A stretch of DNA of 47,811 bases, from NCBI RefSeq assembly GCF_004010195.1, contig NC_057750.1, forward strand, positions 19,260,229-19,308,039, read 5' to 3'. The stretch is from Chiloscyllium plagiosum (Eukaryota). A program made the translations under genes and the position numbers. The notes beneath the pieces are model-generated. The model searched no databases and was not told the origin of the DNA. It saw only the letters and a program-made list of their open reading frames with translations. This document shows, piece after piece, positions 22,031 to 34,349 of the stretch (the stretch's first letter is position 1; the number at the start of each line of letters is the position of its first letter).

Positions 22031-23195
22031 CCACCCAGCTTAGTATCATCAGTAAATTTGCTAATGTTATTGCTAATACCATCTTCTATATCATTAACAT
22101 ATTATAAAAAGCTGCGGTCCCAGTACTGATCTCTGCGGTACCCCACAGGTCACTGCCAGCCATTCCAAAATGGAGCCGTTTATCACTACTCTTTGTTTCC
22201 TATCAGCCAACTAACTTTCAATCCAAGTTAGTACTTTGCCCCCAATACCATGCGCCCTAATTTTGCTCATTAACCTCTTATGTGGGACTTTATCAAAAGC
22301 TTTCTGAAAGTCCAGGTACACTACATCTACTGGATCTCCCCTGTCCATCTTCAGAGTTACATCCTCAAAAAATTCCAGAAGATTAGTCAAGCATGATTTC
22401 CCCTTCATAAATCCATGCTGACTCTGACCTATCCTGTTACTACTATCCAGATGTGTCGTAATTTCATCCTTTATAATAGATTCCAGCATCTTTCCCACCA
22501 CTGAGGTCAGACTAACTGGTCTATAATTTCCTGCTTTCTCTCTCCCACCTTTCTTAAAAAGTGGTACAACATTAGCTACCCTCCAATCCGCAGGAACTGA
22601 TCCCGAATCTATTGAACTCTGGAAAATAATCACCAATGCATCCACTATTCCTCGAGCCACCTCCTTCAGTACCCTGGGATGTAGACCATCAGGCCCCAGG
22701 GCCTTATCAACCTTCAGACCTAACAGTCTCTCCAACACCAATTCCTGGCAAATATAAATTCCCTTAAGTTCAGGTCATTCAGCCACTGTTACCTCAGGGA
22801 GATTGCTTGTGTCTTCCCCAGTGATCACAGATCTGAAGTACTAATTCAATTCTTCTGCCATTTCTTTGTTCCCCATACTATATTCCCCTGTTTCTGTCTT
22901 CAAGGGCCCAATTTTAGTCTTAACCATTGTTTTGCCTTTCACATATCTAAAAAAGCTTTTACTATCCTCCTTTATATTTTTGGCCAGTTTACCTTTAACA
23001 TCTTTGCGACAGGCCAATTTCAGCTCCTGATTTAACTTACATCCGACATCCAGACTACTGTTTGGGGGCCTGTAGATAACTCCCAAGAGGGTCTTTTTAC
23101 CCTTAGTATTTCTCAGCTCTATCCACACTGACTCTACATTCCCTGATTCTAGGTCTCCCCGCGCAAGGGACTGAATGTCATCCCTTACCAACATG
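22031..23195 (-). mobile_element. Younger CR1 segment (EN piece joined to RT piece) nested in the same orientation
   Basis: Nearly intact ORF 22211..22741 (GPDGLHPRVLKE...DWRVANVVPLFKKG...NYRPVSLTS...QHGFMKGKSCLTNLLEFFE...YLDFQKAFDKVPH). Internal jump at about 22998 from ELKLACRKDV to KGKLAKNIKEDSK. Ends at SKFADDTKLGG. Confidence 0.88.
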
Positions 23196-23787
23196 GTAAG
23201 CCCAAAATGTTCTCCTACTGAAACATCGATCATCTGTCCTAGATCATCCTCCAATATCAAGTCTAGTATGGTCTTCTGTCTGGTTGGATTGTCAACATAC
23301 TGTCTCAAAAAGCCCTCTTGGACACATCCAGCAAATTGCTCTCCATCTGAGCCCTTGGCTCTAAGAGAATCCCAGTCATTAAGAGAAAAGTTGAAATCAC
23401 TACACTGCCTTTTTCCACACCTTCCAGTATCTGACTACATATCTCCTCCTCTGTCTTCCATTGGCTGTTGGGAGGTCTATAGAAAACTCCCAACATTGTG
23501 ATTTCCCCCTTCCTATTCCTGAGCTTCACCCATAATGCATCACTGCAAGATCCCTCTGATGTGTCCTCCCTCAACACAGCTCTGATGTGATCCCTCATCA
23601 GCAATGCTACTCTCCCACTCCTTTTATTTACCTTTCAATCCCATCTAAAACAGCGATACTCTGCAATGTTAATTTGCCAGTCCTGTCCCTCTTTTAACCA
23701 TATCTCCGCAATGACAATAACATCATAACTCCATGCAGTGATCCATGCTCTTGGTTCATCTGTCTTTCCTGTTATACCTCTTACATT

Positions 23788-24105
23788 GATGGATGGGGGA
23801 GTCCACACCTAGAGGGCATGGGTTCAGGGTGAGAGGGGAAAGATCTAAAAGGGACCTAAGGGGCAACTTTTGCATGCAGAGGGAGGTATGTATAAGGAAT
23901 GAGCTGCCAGAGGAAGTGGTGGAGGCTGGTTCAATTACAACATTTAAAAGGCATCTGGATGGGTATATGTATAGGAAGGGTTTAGAAGGATATGGGCTAA
24001 GTGCTAGCAAATGGGACTAGATTAGGTTAGGATATCTGGTCAGCATGGATGAGTTAGACCGAAGGGTCTGTTTCTGTGCTGTACATCTCTATGACTCAAT
24101 GACTC
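23788..24105 (+). mobile_element. HER1-like CR1 3' end
   Basis: GES..RGHGFRVRGER.KRDLRGNF...NELPEEVVEAG.I.TFKRHLDGYM; tail CTCTATGACTCAATGACTCT. Confidence 0.92.
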
Positions 24106-24299
24106 TAAGTAAATGCACTCCAGACCTCCAGTCCCTCTGAGCCCCATGACATTTCTCTGCCTGCTCTTTCTCTGCGGGCCGGCTCAGTTTGGGTTCTGCC
24201 ATTCAACTCTTGACCCATCTTTCCTCTAAGTTGCATGTGTGCAGCCACTCTGAACATCCATGCATGTTGACCAACAGCCCGATGCCATTTGCAGCATGC

Positions 24300-24690
24300 C
24301 ATTTCCAAGAACTAACCTCAGAGATCTGCACTGAAAGCAAAGGAATTGGTAGCAACACAGCTCCTGACCTCATTACAGTTTCAGTTCAAACATGAGCTGT
24401 GACCCAGAAGGGAACTTAAAGTGACTGCCCTTAGCACGAAGAACACGTTTGACTGAGTATGACATCAATGAACCCTAAGAAACAGACAGCCAATAGCAAT
24501 TGGGGGGTAAACTCTCCACTGTTTGGAGTCATACTTAGCACAATGGAAGAGGGATTGGTTGTTGGAGGTCAGTGATCTCACCTGCAGGACCACTCTGTTG
24601 GACCACTTCAGCTGCCTAATCAATGACCTTCCTTCCATCATAAGGTCAGGAGTCAGCACCATTTGCATTTTCTCAGATACTAAAATACTC
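24300..24690 (+). mobile_element. Decayed CR1/L2-group RT fragment (family of 7460-11790)
   Basis: CTTCAGCTGCCTAATCAATGACCTTCCTTCCATCATAAGGTCAG = FSCLINDLPSIIRS. Confidence 0.75.
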
Positions 24691-25193
24691 CACAGCAAGA
24701 TCCGGAAAATACCCAGGATCCTACCCAGATACGAAGAGGCATTATGGGATCATGTTTGCATTCATTTTGACAGGACTGGCAGACTACAGTTTAACCTCTC
24801 ATTCCAAGGAGTGTCAACCTGGAGTTACACTTTCTAAGAGGAGAGCCATGCAGACATGATGAAGTTTTAGAATCTGGAAGGTAGAGGTTTCAATAGCATT
24901 TCTGAACTCTAATCATCTCTTACAAGCCCAGATAAGCAACTGAAACTGTCGGGTTACTCAGATTCAAAGTTCATTGCCCACTGCATGCTGATTTTCACTT
25001 AGTTTAATCAGGGTTGAAAGGCGATGCATTCCTGAAAGAAAATCAGCATGTCAGCTGTTTTGTTCAGTTCCCCATGCTTGAATGCTTCTTTGTCTGACAA
25101 GCTTTTAGGAATTGCTTCCACAGAAACAAATGGTTTACCGCTCTTCAGAATCAGGAGTTCCTGATCCGCAGCTCATGTCTGCTCATTTTAAAA

Positions 25194-25372
25194 TGAAACT
25201 TTATTGCTGGAACAGCACAGCAGGTCAGGCAGCATCTAGGGAACAGAAGATTCGACGTTTCGGGCACATGCCCTTCTTCAGGAATTCTAGATGCTGCCTG
25301 ACCTGCTGTGCTGTTCCAGCAATAAAGTTTCAGCTTTGATCTCCAGCGTCTGCAGACCTCACTTTCTCCTCC
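25194..25372. mobile_element. Short fold-back PLE pLTR insertion with a perfect 46-bp inverted repeat
   Basis: 25194-25239 is the exact reverse complement of 25287-25332. Perfect 16-bp TSD CATTTTAAAATGAAAC at 25184-25199 and 25373-25388. Confidence 0.93.
25250..25285 (-). ncRNA. Intact minimal type I hammerhead ribozyme motif
   Basis: Minus strand AUUC-CUGAAGA-A-GGGC-AUGU-GCCC-GAAAC-GUC-GAAU: stem I AUUC/GAAU, CUGANGA box, stem II GGGC/GCCC, GAAA box, palindromic ACGU stem III, GUC cleavage triplet. Confidence 0.85.
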
Positions 25373-25675
25373 CATTTTAAAATGAAACCCTCCACACTCC
25401 TTCACCGTTAGTGAAGCAGCTTTCCAAACTGATCGAAGGGCTAGAGTATAATTTCCAAGTGCCCCTTGGCATTCTGCTGTTGCAGTCAGGTTTTAGCTGC
25501 TGAGAGTGAACAGGGTTTGCATCCAAGTGAGGTGTCACTGTCCAGTGGTGTCTGCACACATTTGCTAATCATATGGGTGAAAATGGAGTAATGTAAGACA
25601 GATGGGCTTCGGATTGGTTCCACAGGTCAGCACAACATCCAGGGCCGAAGGGATTACTGCGCTGTAATGTTCTTT

Positions 25676-25983
25676 AGATTAAATTCCCCTACAGTGTGGA
25701 AACAGGCCCTTCGGCCCAACAAGTCCACACTGACCCTCCGAAGTTTAACCCACCCAGACCCATTTCCCTCTGACTAATGCACCTAACACTATGGGCAATT
25801 TAACATGGCCAATTCACCTGACCTGCACATCTTTTGGATTGTGGGAGGAAACCGGAGCACACGGAGGAAATCCACGCAGACATGAGGAGAATGTGCAAAC
25901 TCCACACAGACAGTCACCCGAGGCTGGAATCGAACCTGGGTCTTTGGCGCTGTGAGGCAGCAGTGCTAACCACTCAGCCACTG
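25676..25983 (-). mobile_element. HE1-type V-SINE inserted in the tail of a short CR1 3' fragment (25585-25675)
   Basis: Reverse head GGAATCGAACC...GAGGCAGCAGTGCTAACCACT, V core and tail; TGTTCT on both flanks. Confidence 0.92.
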
Positions 25984-26074
25984 TTCTATTACTTTCTAGT
26001 CAGAGGACAAACCGTGCCAGGCACATTTTTATTAAACAATCAAACAGTTTTGAAGGACTGAATAGTTCTCTATT

Positions 26075-26517
26075 ATAGAGTCATAGAGATGTACAGCATG
26101 GAAACAGACCCATCGGTCAAACCTGTCCATACCGACCAGATATCCCAACCCAACCTAGTCCCACCTGCCAGCACCCGGCCCATATCCCTCCAAACCCTTC
26201 CTATTCAAATACCCATCCAAATGCCTCTTAAATGTTGCAATTGTACCAGCCTCCACCACATCCTCTGGCAGCTCATTCCATACACATACCACCCTCTGTG
26301 TGAAAAAGTTACACCTTAGGTCTCTTTTATATCTTTCCCCTCTCACCCTAAACCTATGCCCTCTAGTTCTGGACTCCCCGACCCCAGGGGAAAGACTTTG
26401 CCTATTTACCCTATCCATGCCCCTCATAATTTTGTAAACCTCTATAAGGTCACCCCTCAGCCGCCAACGCTCCAGGGAAAACAGCCCCAGCCTGTTCAGC
26501 CTCTCCCTGTAGCTCAA
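26075..26517 (-). mobile_element. HER1-like CR1 3' end (well preserved)
   Basis: ORF 26155..26517 SYRERLNRLGLFSLE.WRLRGDLIEVYKIMRG...WNELPEDVVEAGTI.TFKRHLD. Confidence 0.95.
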
Positions 26518-26519
26518 GA

Positions 26520-27690
26520 AAAATGGAGGCTAATGGCATATACAGAGGGCTCGAAATAGTAGACGCCCTGCAGGAGTACAAATTGTACAGGAGGAAAATT
26601 AAAGTGGGGGGGGTTAGGAAAGCAAAAAAGGATATTAAAGATTACTGCCAGGTAAATAAATGAAAATCCTAAGTTAGTTTACAGGTATGTTAAGAGAAAA
26701 AGGATAAGAAAGGAAAAGTAGGCCCCTTCAGGACCATAGCTGTAATTTGTGCATGGAGCTGGAGGATGTAGGCAATTAAAAATGAATATTTTGGGTTGAT
26801 GTTCACTAGCTAGAGGGACATTAAAGAAATCAGGGGGAAGGCCTGTGATATAATTTCTTGCCAGACCACTCAGATGTTCTGAGTGGTCTGGCAAGCTTAA
26901 AAATAGGTAAATCTCCAGGCCAGATGAATTGTATCCCAGGTTGTTGGGTGAAGCAAAGGAGGAAACAATAAGGGTTCTGGAACAAATATTAAGTTCCACT
27001 CTAGCCACTAGGAGAGGTGCCGAAGGACTAGGGGACAACCAAAATGGTATGGTTATTCAACAAGGGAACAAGGAATAAACAAGGAAACTACAGGCCAGTC
27101 AGTCTAACCTCAGTACTGTGAAAAATGTCAGAAGCAATTCTGAGGACAGAATTATTCTGCACTTGAAGAGGCAGGGGTTAACCAAGAGCAGTCAGCGTCA
27201 TATCTGACTGACTTGAGTGGATTTTCTGAAGAGGTAACCAGGTGTGTCAATGAGGGCAATGCAAGGCTTTTGATAAAATTCCACAAAGGAGACTGATAGA
27301 AAAGATTGGGAGCCAAGGAAAGCTAGCTAAATGAATCAGAATTGGCTGATGGCAGGAAATAGAGGATGATGGTGGAGGAGTGTTTTTATGTCCAGTGATG
27401 TTCCACAGGAGTGTATTGGGCCTTGTCTGTTTGTGGTGTGCACAAATGATTTGGATTTGAATGTGGGAGGGTTGATCAGGAAGTTCATAGATGATGTAAA
27501 AATTGGTGAAGTACTGAATAGTGAGGAAATAGTCCTAGATTACTGGAGGATATAGGCAGGCTGGACAAATGGAATTCAATATGGTAACGTATGAGGTGTT
27601 GCACTTGACAGGGTAAACAAGACAAGGGAAAACATGATGAATGGTCGGACTCTGGAAAGCAAAAAGGATGAGAGAAACCTTGGTCTGCTT
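26520..27690 (+). mobile_element. Old CR1 ORF2 fragment
   Basis: KSPGPDELYPRLL.E, GNYRPVSLTS and FDKIP remnants with many stops. Confidence 0.8.
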
Positions 27691-28772
27691 GGGATTGAGG
27701 GTGACTTAGTAGTTTAGATCAGAAATTGGCTGGCTGAAAGAAGGCAGAGGAGAGTAGTTGATGGGAAATATTCATCCTGGAGTTCAGTTACTAGTGGTGT
27801 ACCGCAAGGATCTGTTTTGGATTGACTGTTGCTTGTCATTTTTAGAAATGACTTGGATGAGGGCATAGAAGGATGGGTTAGTAAATTTGCGGATGACACT
27901 AAAGTCGGTAGAGTTGCGGATAATGACGAAGGATATTGTAGGTTACAGAGGGACATAGGTAAGCTGCAGAGCTGGGCTGAGAGGTGGCAAAAGGAGTTGA
28001 ATGTGGAAAAGTGTGAGGTGATTCACTTTGGAAGGAGTAACAGGAGTGCAGTGTACTGAGCTAATGGTAAGATTCCTGGTAGTGTAGATGAGCAGAGGAT
28101 ATCGGTGTCCATGTACATAGGTCCTTGAAAATTGCCACCAATGTTTGATAGGGTGGTTAAGATGGTATACAGTGTGTTAGCTTTCATTGGTAGAGGGATT
28201 GAGTTTCAGAACCATAAGGTCATGCTGCTGCTGTACAAAACTCTGGTGTGGTCACACTTGGAGTATTGTGTGTAGCGTTACAGGAAGGATGTTGAAGCTT
28301 TAGAAAGGGTTCAGAGGAGATTTACTAGGATGTTGCCAGGTATGGAGGGAAGGTCTTATGAGGAAAGACTGAGGGACTTGAGGCTGTTTTCATTAAACAG
28401 AAGAAGGTTGAGAGGTGACTAAATTGAGACATGTAAGATAATCAGAGGGTTATATAGGTTGGACGGTGAGAGCCTTTTTCCTCAGATGGTGATGGCTAGC
28501 ACGAGGGGACATAGCTTTAAATTGAGGGGGATATAGGACAGATATCAGAAGTAGTTTCTTTACTCAGAGTAGTAGAGGCGTGGAACGCACTGCCTGCAAC
28601 AGTAGTGGATTCGCCAACTTTAAGGGCATTTAAAGGGTCATTGGATAGTCATATGGACAAGAATGGAATAGTATAGGTTAGATGGGCTTCAGATTGATTT
28701 CACAGGTAGGTGCAACTTTGAGGGCCGAAGGGCCTTTACTGCACTGTAATGTTCTATGTTCTGTGTTCTATT
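27690..28772 (+). mobile_element. CR1 LINE RT and 3' end
   Basis: SGVPQGSVL, SKFADDTKVG, LQRDI.KLQSWAERWQ...KCEVIHFG; tail tgttctatgttctgtgttcta. Same family as 44625-44995. Confidence 0.93.
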
Positions 28773-29174
28773 ATGGTCGCACATCCCCAAGAGGTGTTGC
28801 ATAACTAGCCTGCCAATTATTCCATTCTCATTACACAATAACCAGTCTCGGATTACATGTTCTTTACTCGGTACCTTAACGCATTGACTCTCCTATTCTT
28901 GAAATGTTTTTGTATGTTCTACTGTGAAGACAGATAACATTTCTCTTCAAAGCTGCTTTCATTTCTTTGCTATTCATTATTAAAGAACTAATGCTGAATA
29001 TTGCTACTCATTATTGCATCCCTTTAAAAATTTTTACCCATCTCCTTTTCCAGGACCTTCCAAAATGTCAAACGTCCTTTGGCCGAACTTTGGATTTTTT
29101 CCAGTCATATTTCTGTAATGGCTATTATATTACATTCATTTATACTATTGGTGCTATAAGTTAATCAATGATTA

Positions 29175-29293
29175 GAGACAAAAAACTGCAGATGCTGGAA
29201 TCCAAAATAGACAGGCAGGAGGCTGGAAGAACACAGCAAGCCAGGCTGCATCAGAAGGTGGAGAAGTCAACATTTCGGGTATAACCCTCCTTC
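29175..29293 (-). mobile_element. PLE pLTR fragment with a decayed hammerhead
   Basis: AAAACTGCAGATGCTGGAATC...ACACAGCAAGCCAGGCTGCATC...CATTTCGGGTATAACCCTCCTTCAG; flanked by AGTTAATCA(A/C)TGA. Confidence 0.75.
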
Positions 29294-29392
29294 AGTTAAT
29301 CACTGAGAATTCAAACAAGAGGCTTTTAATTCTGATCTTTAACCACTTTTGCCTATTTGACTTTATTTCTGGTTGTCCATTGATAGTTGTGT

Positions 29393-29810
29393 TGTTATGC
29401 TCACAGTTGATGGTAAAACAGGAGAAGTCAGATCCCAGAGTGAAACTTGGCTTGATAGACCAAAGTTTTATTTTTGCAATTTAATTACTTTTTTGATTGC
29501 AATTTGATGATGGTCAGTCACTGAATGTATTTGCACAAAACAGCCAATGCAATGTCATCATAAAAACACAACAGAAGTAAAATAAAATCTGTATGTGTAA
29601 TATCTAAAAGACAATTTGGAAACATTTTATCATAAGCAGCAAAAAGAACGATTCACCATGTTTTCCCAGCAATATGGTTTACAGCCACATACCCCAGTAA
29701 AGCATCAGCCCTGTCATCACTCTTTAAATTCTTACTCAACTGATGAGGCCTCAAGTGTTCTCCTTCAGTGAATTTATACACATTCACCTCTTGTATATTC
29801 ACCTCTTTCT
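29393..29810 (-). mobile_element. LTR-like segment (related to 37917-38625), interrupted by the Rex1 element
   Basis: Begins TGTTATG; its reverse complement GGGATCTGACTTCTCCTGTTTTACCATCAACTG resembles GGGATCTGTCCTGTCCAGTGTTACCACCAG at 38596-38625. Confidence 0.45.
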
Positions 29811-29812
29811 GC

Positions 29813-31581
29813 AGAGCTATTAAGCCAGCCAAGGACCAATATCGAACTAGAGACCCAGACAAATACCCGGTGACTATGGCAAGGACTGAATGACATTGCA
29901 GGTTCTAAAAAGAGACAGTGCAAAATAGCAGATGATGACACATCCCTCCCAGATCATCTCAATGCCTTTTTTGCTGGCTTTGAGCAGAATTTCAGGGGAA
30001 AGTTAACACCTATTCTGACGAACCTATCCCAGCAGTCACTGCATCAGAGTCAGATCAGTTTTCCTTCGTGTGAATCCAAGGAAAGCGATGGGACCAGACA
30101 AAGTACCAGGCTGTGCACTCAGAGCATGTGCAGATCAACTGGCAGAGGGCTTCTCGGACATCTTCAATCTCTCCCTGCAGCAGGCCATTGTCCCTGCCTG
30201 TTTCAAGAGGGCTAACATCATCCCTGTGCCTAAGAAGGCTCATGCAGCATGTCTCACTGACTAACGCCCAGTGGCCCTAACTTTGGTGGTCATGAAGTGC
30301 TTTGAAAGGCTGGTCATGGCATTAATCAACTCCAGCCTCTCCACTACTCTTGACCCATTCTAATTTGCCTATTGGACCAACAGATCCATGGCAGATGCCA
30401 TATCACTTGCCCTTCACTCCTCCCTAGAACATCTTGACACCAAGAACAGCTATGCAAGAATCCTACTCATTGACTACAGTTCAACCTTCAACACTATTAT
30501 CCCCTCGAGACTGATTACTAAACTTAGTGATCTCGGACTAAGCCCCACTCTCTGCAACTGGATCCTCAGTTTCCTGACCTACAAGGCACAATCAGTGAAG
30601 ACTGGGGACAATATTTCATCCTCACTAACACTCAACTCTGGAGCTCCCCCCAGGGGTGTGTACTCAGCCTCCTACTGTACTCAGTGTATACCCATGACCG
30701 CATCGCCAAATACCAGACTAATGTTATTTACAAGTTCCCGATTACACCACCATAGTCAAGTCTATTCTCAGATGGCAATGAAACAGAGTACAGACGGGAT
30801 GTGGAAGACCTGAAAAAATGGTGCACTGAGAACAGCTTAGCTCTCAATGCCAGCAAAACCAAGGAACTAATTATTGACCTTTGGCGGGATGTTACTCATG
30901 CCTCCCTACACGTTAACAGAACAGAGGTGGAACAAGTGGAGAGTGTCAAGCTCCTGGAAGTGGTCATCCACAACAAGGTTTCTTGGACTCTTCATGTGGC
31001 CGCACTGGTTACAAAGGCCCAACAATGTCTCTTCTTCCTCAGGCAGCTGAGGAAATTTGGCATAACGGCGAATACCCTTACCAATGTTTATAGATGCGCC
31101 ATCGAGAGCATTCCGTCTGGATGTATCACTACCAAGTATGGCAACTGTACCATTCAAGATCGGAGACGGTTACAGAGAGTAGTGAACTCGGCCCGGACAA
31201 GAAAGGCCAGCCTCCCATCTATAGAATCCATCTACCAGGCCCGCTGTCAAGGAAAGGCCACCAGCTTCTCAAAGATCCATTCCACCCTGACAATGTTTTT
31301 CTACAACCTCTACCATCGGGCAGAAGGTACAGAAGCCTGAACACACACACCAGCCGTTTTTGTAACAGTTTCTACCCTATTGTTGTTAGAATACTGGATG
31401 GACTCACAACCTCTTAACATTCGCCTGTACCTGTGTTTTTGTTTTTGCTGCTGTTTACCTATCATTTACTATCTATGCTACTTAACTCTGTGATCTGCCT
31501 ATATTGCTCACAATACAAAGCTTTTCACTGTGCCTTGGTATATGAGACAATAAATTCAATTCAACTCAATTCAATTCAATT
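29813..31581 (+). mobile_element. Rex1/Babar-type LINE, 5'-truncated, with (TTCAA)n tail
   Basis: NPRKA.GPD.VPG.ALR.CADQLA..F.DIFNLSL...VP.CFK...IIPVPKK...RPVALT.VVMKCFERLV; DAIS.ALH..L.HLD....YARIL.IDYSS.FNTI; LN.SKTKELIID; KAQQ.LFFLRQLRKF; tail aataaattcaattcaactcaattcaattcaatt. Frameshifted. Confidence 0.9.
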
Positions 31582-32039
31582 TACCTCACCTCCCTCGAGA
31601 TGCACAAACATAAGTGAACTCCTTGATTGTTCCTACTGAACTGCAACTATAAACAGCACACCCTGGCTTATAAATCTTTTTGTCTGAACTGAACCTGGGT
31701 CTCTCATTCTCTGGGTCATGAAAGGTAAATTCTTCAGCAATTATCTCATCAGGTAGTTTCTCTCATCATTTTGCTGGAATCGTATAATTCCTTGGACATG
31801 CTGTTTTGACCAAGGGATGAAAAAAAGTCACCTTCACAGAACTAAAACCCAAATACCCACTTACGTCTTTTTTAGAACTCAATTCCTGAACAGTACAAAC
31901 AGTAATCTATTACAACCTCCCTTACAGTATTTATACCCCCATCCTACTTACCACACTCTGATTATAAATACTCTGCACCACTGCCTCATTCTTTAACTTT
32001 CCAAACCTCTCCTCACATAACTCACCCAATCCCCCACTA

Positions 32040-33110
32040 TTTAGTTGAAAGCCCACTCTGGAGACCTCTGCTTGTACAATTTACCAGGACCTGGGTCCAA
32101 GCACTGTCCAGGTGAGGGTCATGCTGATAGCACTGTTTATTTCCTCACTGCAAGAACCAATGCCCAATCACTCAAAACTCATTTCACCCACACCAGGAAA
32201 CAAGCCATGCATTCAACTCTCTAATCTTAGTTACCCAGTGCTTACGGCTCAGATAATAACCCTACATTTATTATATTTGCACTTGGTGCTTTAGAATTTA
32301 GCCCCAGTAGATTCAGGCCAGGAAGATGTCCTTAATCCTAGCACTGGACAGGGCAGCAGAGCATTCGTGATTATTTCAGATGCAGAATTTGATCACTTAA
32401 CCATTCTTGCCTATACTACAACATCATTTTAACATCCCTCTGCTTGAATCATTGCATGCGCTATGCTACCATGGTCAGTTTGTTCAGCTTTTCTGCAGTC
32501 CCGGTGCTCAAGTACTCAAGCTGCAAGAACCACGAACCTGTTGAATAAATACAGGGCCTGAAGGTCCTTTGTTGCTACTTTCTGTATCACCATACCTGCC
32601 TCAATTCCTGTTCCTGACAATGGACCAAATTTGAAGTGGCCTATCTCCTGAAAAACCAAAGTGTCCAGTTGATTTTAACCATCCCTGATGCAGCACTTTT
32701 TCCGTAACTCACCCCCCATCTAATCCACTCTATTGAGGTTCGGTCACCAACCCTGGATTTGGTATCTGTGGATCATAGAGGTGTTCCCCAATACCTCAAG
32801 CTGCTGCACAGCACCTGCCCTGCTGCCTTGCTTTATCTAAGAATTTAGGTTTCAAAATATCACTCAACTGTTACCCAGATCAAGTAGTTTAATAAGTTAA
32901 ATTTTACATTAACCCTAATTGCCACTACCAGTTTAAATCACTTCCTCTATTTATAAAGAGGAAAGAAATCTTAAAGGTTAATTAATTAAAATTAGGTCAA
33001 TGCTTCCAGGCACCAGCTCCATGTCGTGCTGCTCGGCTCCAGTTACTTTGAAGAAAGAGGAGTCTGCAGTCGGCCAGTCAGCACCTCCTGTCAGCTCCTC
33101 AGGCGATAGG
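32040..33110 (-). mobile_element. Decayed CR1 5' region (ORF1 and 5' UTR)
   Basis: Similarity in style to shark CR1 ORF1 (esterase-like) remnants, e.g. CCTGGGTCCAAGCACTGTCCAGGTGAG and TCTCCTGAAAAACCAAAGTGTCCAG; no intact ORF. Confidence 0.5.
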
Positions 33111-33852
33111 ATCATGACTGAGGTGTCCAAGGCCTCACCCCTCTTTCATGCCAGCTATCCATCGCCCTTAACTCCTCAATATTTCAAAAATCTATCTCCT
33201 CTTTCAATGTCTTCAGTGTTTGAATGTCACTTTGTGCTCAAATCTCTTTAACTCACAATCTGCTGGCTCAGGAGGAAATCTGTCATTGCAGAGCAACGTT
33301 GCCCCAAGCTCACCCATTTTGACACTTCACACCTCGCAGAGTCTGCTGGAGATGTCACATAAATGCAGCTGTCTCTGCTATCCTTTCAAATAAAACATAA
33401 ACCCACTGAACTTGAGAACCCCTGCCTCTGGCTGAAACATGATCTCAGCGTAAGATCCACAGCCGTATTTGATCAACTTTAACCTGCCGGGGAGTTGATA
33501 ATTCCATTGTTGAAACTATTCTTTATTTAGAGGTGGCAAGGAATGAGTTGAAAAGATTTTGTTTCAAATATCATCATGATCAGCTAATGGATCAGTTGTA
33601 ATTGGTAACCGACAAAGGTACATTAGAAGGAACTGGAAGGAGAAATAATATGACCAATGAGGGATTGAACATTGATGAACCCCTATCCAACTGTAAGTAT
33701 CGCTTGGGTCAGGGGTCAAGGTTTATTGGGTAACCATGGTGGCTCCTTGTGGTAACCTGCCTGTTGCCAACCCACAGCTTCACAGGTGCTACTGCAATGA
33801 AACCATTTCGACAGGACCAAAATGATGTAATGCATTCATAGAAAATCTATGA

Positions 33853-34030
33853 AATCATAGAATCCCTCCATGTGGAAACAGGCCCTTCAGCCCAACAAGT
33901 CCACACCAACCCTCTAAAGAGCAACCCATCCAGACCCATTCCCTATCCTATTATTCTACATTTATCCCTGCCTAATGCACCTAACGTACATGTCCCTGAA
34001 CACTATGGGCAATTTAGCATTGCCAATTCA
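33853..34030 (-). mobile_element. HE1 SINE 3' fragment
   Basis: GTGGAAACAGGCCCTTCAGCCCAACAAGTCCACACC...CACTATGGGCAATTTAGCATTGCCAATTCACCT matches 25694-25820. Confidence 0.88.
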
Positions 34031-34349
34031 CCTATTCCATAGAAAGCTGTGAAAAGAAGTTCTACGCCAATGTCATCATCAACCTTCCTCGCCAATAATT
34101 ACCAATGTAGCTCATGAACAGAGGCCACAGCTACCCAGTGCTTGCATTTCTCATAAAGACCAGAAAAGATAGGGGCAGGACACAGGCCATTCACCCCATC
34201 AAACTTGATCCAACATTCGATTACTACCTTAATTGAGTCCTTAACTTTACTTTCTTGTATCTGGCCCCATAATCCACAATTACTTTTGAGGTCGAAACTC
34301 TGTTTAATTCAGCCTTGAACATATTCAATGACCCAATCTACATTGCTTT

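Larger units (their letters stand above)
20575..23785 (-). mobile_element. CR1 LINE ORF2 (EN to RT), split by a PLE fragment and a second CR1 segment
   Basis: ORF 20551..21129 KS.G.EGIYP.LL.E...VPEDWRLANVVPLFKKG...NYR.VSL...QHGF..GRS.LT.LI.FFEEVT...D.SKAFDKVPH; EN motifs LGVFYRPPNS and PTR.KTILDLIL. Confidence 0.92.

Noticed and set aside
29653..29862. 69-aa minus-strand ORF as a host exon
   Set aside because: Straddles the Rex1 5' junction and LTR-like sequence; no recognisable motif.
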